Below, piece after piece: positions 60,040 through 64,000 of a DNA stretch of 64,000 bases. Numbering within the stretch: the first letter of the stretch is position 1; every line of letters starts with the position of its first letter. The position numbers were made by a program, and so were the translations under genes. The stretch is from Balanoglossus misakiensis (lineage: Eukaryota; Animalia; Hemichordata), in contig CM082577.2 in NCBI GenBank assembly GCA_040954595.2, forward strand, positions 18,946,303 to 19,010,302. Reading direction: 5' to 3'. The notes beneath the pieces were generated by a model. It was not told where the DNA came from. It was given only the letters and a program-made list of their open reading frames with translations, and did no database searches.

Positions 60040-61289
60040 GATGTATGATGTAACTTTCAATATTTCTTGTTGTAGTATGAAATTTTCAATGTCAAAAAGT
60101 GATCAGACAACACCTGTAGCTAAAAATCTATTTGGTATTGGTACATTTCGGATATATCTAAATTGTACCAATTTTAGTCTAGAAATATGTATACCTTAGG
60201 TAGCTTTTGTTTTCAAACAAATGGTTCATTAGGTATACCTAAATTATGGTTCATTTGGTATACCTATTTATGGCAAAACGACCAAATCCAAGATTTTTTT
60301 TCCATCCGAATGAGGCATTTCAGGAATACCTAAATAGTACCTTTTCAATCGAAAAAGTATACTTTTGGTATACCAATTAGTAAATTTACAGACCAAATCT
60401 GGACTACCTAAGGTAGCCCTTTTTTAAAGCAATAGGTACATTTTAAGTATACCTAAATAGTACCTATTTAGTCCGGGAAAGTATACCTTAGGTAAATGTA
60501 AATGCATAATTTAAGGCCGCCTTCTCAGTGTTCCTGACCTGTGTAGTAGTAATTAATTACTGTAAGATCAAAGCACTGGTGCAACAGAAAATTGTATGTA
60601 TTATTTGAATGTGGTTACAGTAACCTTCCCAATAACGTTAATATATACCCAGTGTACCAGAATTTCGTAAGGGTGTTCCTACACACCACCCTATTGCTGC
60701 ACAGTTCCTGCACAGGCCACCCTATTGCTGCACAGTTCCTGCACACAGGCCATCTTACTACTGCACAGTTCTTGCAGACTGTCCTATTCCTGCACAGTTA
60801 CCGCTTGCCTTGTTCCTGCACTAGTGCAGCAACACCTCATTTGCATGCGAAAAAGTCGCCTTGCAGCAGAGCTGCAGCAACTTTGTATTGCACCGGTGCT
60901 GCAACCTTGTGGTATTGCTACTGCACCAGTGCAGCAACACTGTGCAGGAGGCCTTAAATTTTCATAAGGGCTATAGGTATGCACATAATTAATGATGTTT
61001 GAATATGATACTAGAAATGTACAGTACACTGATACGCTGATCAGCTGACCTTTTGTTTACGCATACGCCATTGCTCCGTTCTCGATCTGTCTCCGAGTCT
61101 GAATTTTTCGCACCTATAGATTTTAAAGATTTTTGAAGTCTGCAAATTCACTAGCATTGACAAAACTATAACATAATAAGTATAATGTACGCCCCATAAT
61201 GTACTCGGCATTATGTTGCACAATGTGTGCTTTCGTCCATTATGGGTCTTCGGGGCGTACATTATTCTCTAACCAATGATCATTGCTCA

Positions 61290-61448
<159 letters not shown>

Positions 61449-61605
61449 CTTAAAATACCATGGAATCATAGAACAATGAACTCACTGTGTTGTAATGTCC
61501 ATTTTCTCTTTTGGTGATTTTTTTATCAAAGTGTCACACACCCCAGCATGCAAGAAATTTCTCAATATATATACTGCTATCGCAGCAAAACATACCACTA
61601 CTTTT

Positions 61606-61733
61606 AATATCCACCACCTGAGACACCTCTCTCTGTGCGTTTTTGGCTTCGGAAACGAAGCAAAAAATATACTCGATGTTGGGTCAAGGTACCTTTCATC
61701 CGATTTACACGTCCCCCAGGCGCATCTCTTCAC
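61606..61733 (-). pseudogene. THAP fragment copy
   Basis: As 386-513. Confidence 0.75.
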
Positions 61734-61937
61734 TATTCTGGCCGATATTTTAAAACCATTAAGTTCCTAAAACTGAAAAAAAACTTCCAGTCTGTCTATC
61801 TCTAACTGAGCGTGTACTGTAGGCTGGGCCATGTTGTTGATTATATGTGGGACAAAATGGCGGTTGTATGAACAGCATGACTTTTCTCGGCTCTGATTGG
61901 CTGAGGGTTCAGTGTGATTGACAGCTGTGGAACCATG

Positions 61938-64000
61938 AATTGTAAGGGAGCCTTGTGCCTTTTACCAGGCACCCGCTTGCGTGAACACACCTCACATGAA
62001 TGCACCCACGATCTGACATTTACGGACATGCCATGCCAGTAATACCTCTGCCTCACCTTGTCAAGTGTTTTTGTCATCCCTAAGTGACCACCTGCGTTTG
62101 CATCATGCAACCCTCCAATCACCACATTATGACACACTTTAGGCAGAATTAATTGCCATTTCACTAAAGTCCCATCAGCCGACTCCCATCTCCTGAACAG
62201 CACACCCCTGTAGACTATCAATTGTTCATACATAGCCCAGTATGCCTTCGTGGCTGCCGAACACGGAGAGATCTCATTCCAGTCTAGTCGACTTTCCCTC
62301 CCCTCCCTAGCCTTCAAGACAACTGAAATATCAGGATCACTAAGTTGACAATCTCTAAGCTTTTCACTGGACCAAACGACTTCCCTGGCAACAACCTCTG
62401 CCTTTGTTGCCAAGGCATTCTCCCCAGTGCCCTCCGCGGTTGGCCAGTCCTGCTCATCACAGCTGCCAGGATCAAAATTTTCCCAATCACCTGGACAGCT
62501 GTCCTTGTTGTCATAGCCGTATCAAACAATCTGCAACCCTCTACTTTGGCATTTTTGTCCTGAGAACTGTCATCTAGTCTATCGGTCCCTCCACACTCTG
62601 GTAGTTCACGGTACAACTGTTCGGACCGTACAACACTATTTTGTCTCATCGATGGAGATTTGCATTCAAACTCTGGTGCAAGTGGATTCAACGCACCTGT
62701 ACCATTAGTGGTGGTTGGTTCGTGTGCCATACCACACTGTTTGCACTCACGCACTGGTTTCCGAGATAGCGCATCAGCATTTCCATGGCGTACACCGGGA
62801 CGATGGATACAGGTATAGTCAAAGCGACCGAGTGTCTCTAACCACCTAGCCAACTGCCCCTCTGGGTTCTTGAAATTAAGCAACCACACTAATGCAGCAT
62901 GGTCAGTCCTCAGTGTGAATTTCTGGCCCAGTAAGTAGTGTTTGAAGTATTTTGTGTACTCGATTACAGCCAACAGTTCACGACGCGATACACAGTACTT
63001 CCTTTCAGCACCCGATAGCACTCGGCCCGCATAACTAACAGGTCTCTCTGGGCCACCCTGTACTTGGCTCAACACTGCCCCTATGCCAATACCGCTAGCA
63101 TCTGTATCCAGTATGAACACACCCTTTTCCATCGGAAAAGCCAAAACTGGTGCCGATGTTAGTCTTGCCTTGAGCTGATCAAATGCGTTTTGACAATTCT
63201 CTGTCCAAGCAAATACAGAATCTTTCTTTGTTAAGTCATGAAGAGGACGGGCCAATTCAGCAAACCCCTGTACAAAGCGTCTGTAGTATGACGCCAGCCC
63301 CAAGAAGCTTCTTACTTCTGTGACTGTCTCAGGAATCGGCCAGTCTCTAATAGCCTTGACCTTTCCTGGATCAGTAGCAACCCCTTCCCGAGAAACACGA
63401 TGCCCCAAAAACTCAACACTGCGTGCAAAAAGCACACACTTACTCGGCTTTAATTTGAGATTTGAAGTACGAAGACGTTCAAATACCTTGCACAACCTTT
63501 CCAACTCTTCATCAAATGATCTGCCAAATATTATGATGTCATCTAGATACAAAAGCGGTATTTCCCACTGCATACCGGTAAAGACGCGCTCCATCAGACG
63601 TTCAAATGTACTAGGGGCATTACACAACCCAAACGGGAGCACCCTCCACTGATAGAGTCCACTGCGCGTGACAAATGCGTTCTTTACTTTAGATCCCTCG
63701 TCCAGTTCTACCTGCCAATACTCTGCTTGGAGGTCTAGCGTAGAAAACCATTCCGACCCGTACAATGCATCTAAAGAATCGTTTATTCGTGGTATAGGGT
63801 AGGCATCTTTAATTGACACAGCGTTCAATTTTCTATAATCAACGCACAATCTTTGTGACCCATCTTTCTTACTATTAAGTACACACGGGGCTGCCCATGG
63901 ACTAGTTGATTCTTCTATCAAACCCCGCTGTAACAAGTCAGAAACCTGTCGTTCTATTTCTTCCCGTTTCCATACCGGAGTTAGATATGCGGGTTGCCTT
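61938..64000 (-). mobile_element. Gypsy copy 5 (cut by the window end)
   Basis: IN fragment and RT/RNase H ORF 62314-63936. Confidence 0.95.

Overview
Eukaryotic (intron-containing, CpG-rich, probably invertebrate) tandemly amplified mosaic of transposon debris with no intact host gene. The backbone is a ~2.8 kb monomer: MITE-like spacer, Crypton-type hairpin end, two decayed minus-strand exons of the NMD kinase SMG1, and a piggyBac 5' end. It alternates with a ~7.7 kb derived monomer carrying a THAP fragment and a 3'-truncated Ty3/Gypsy element, giving a ~10.5 kb higher-order unit. Five Gypsy copies and 15 SMG1 exon copies are present. Superimposed are a 5-copy 1.46 kb sub-array, a TTAA-flanked Kolobok-like MITE, single-copy hAT-like and Academ-like insertions with clean TSDs, two inversion isomers, and one apparently intact, spliced Crypton tyrosine-recombinase transposon (14264-16590). 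The Crypton has a 139 bp terminal hairpin and an internal copy of its own predicted circle junction. Family names come from recalled motifs and terminal signatures, not database searches.
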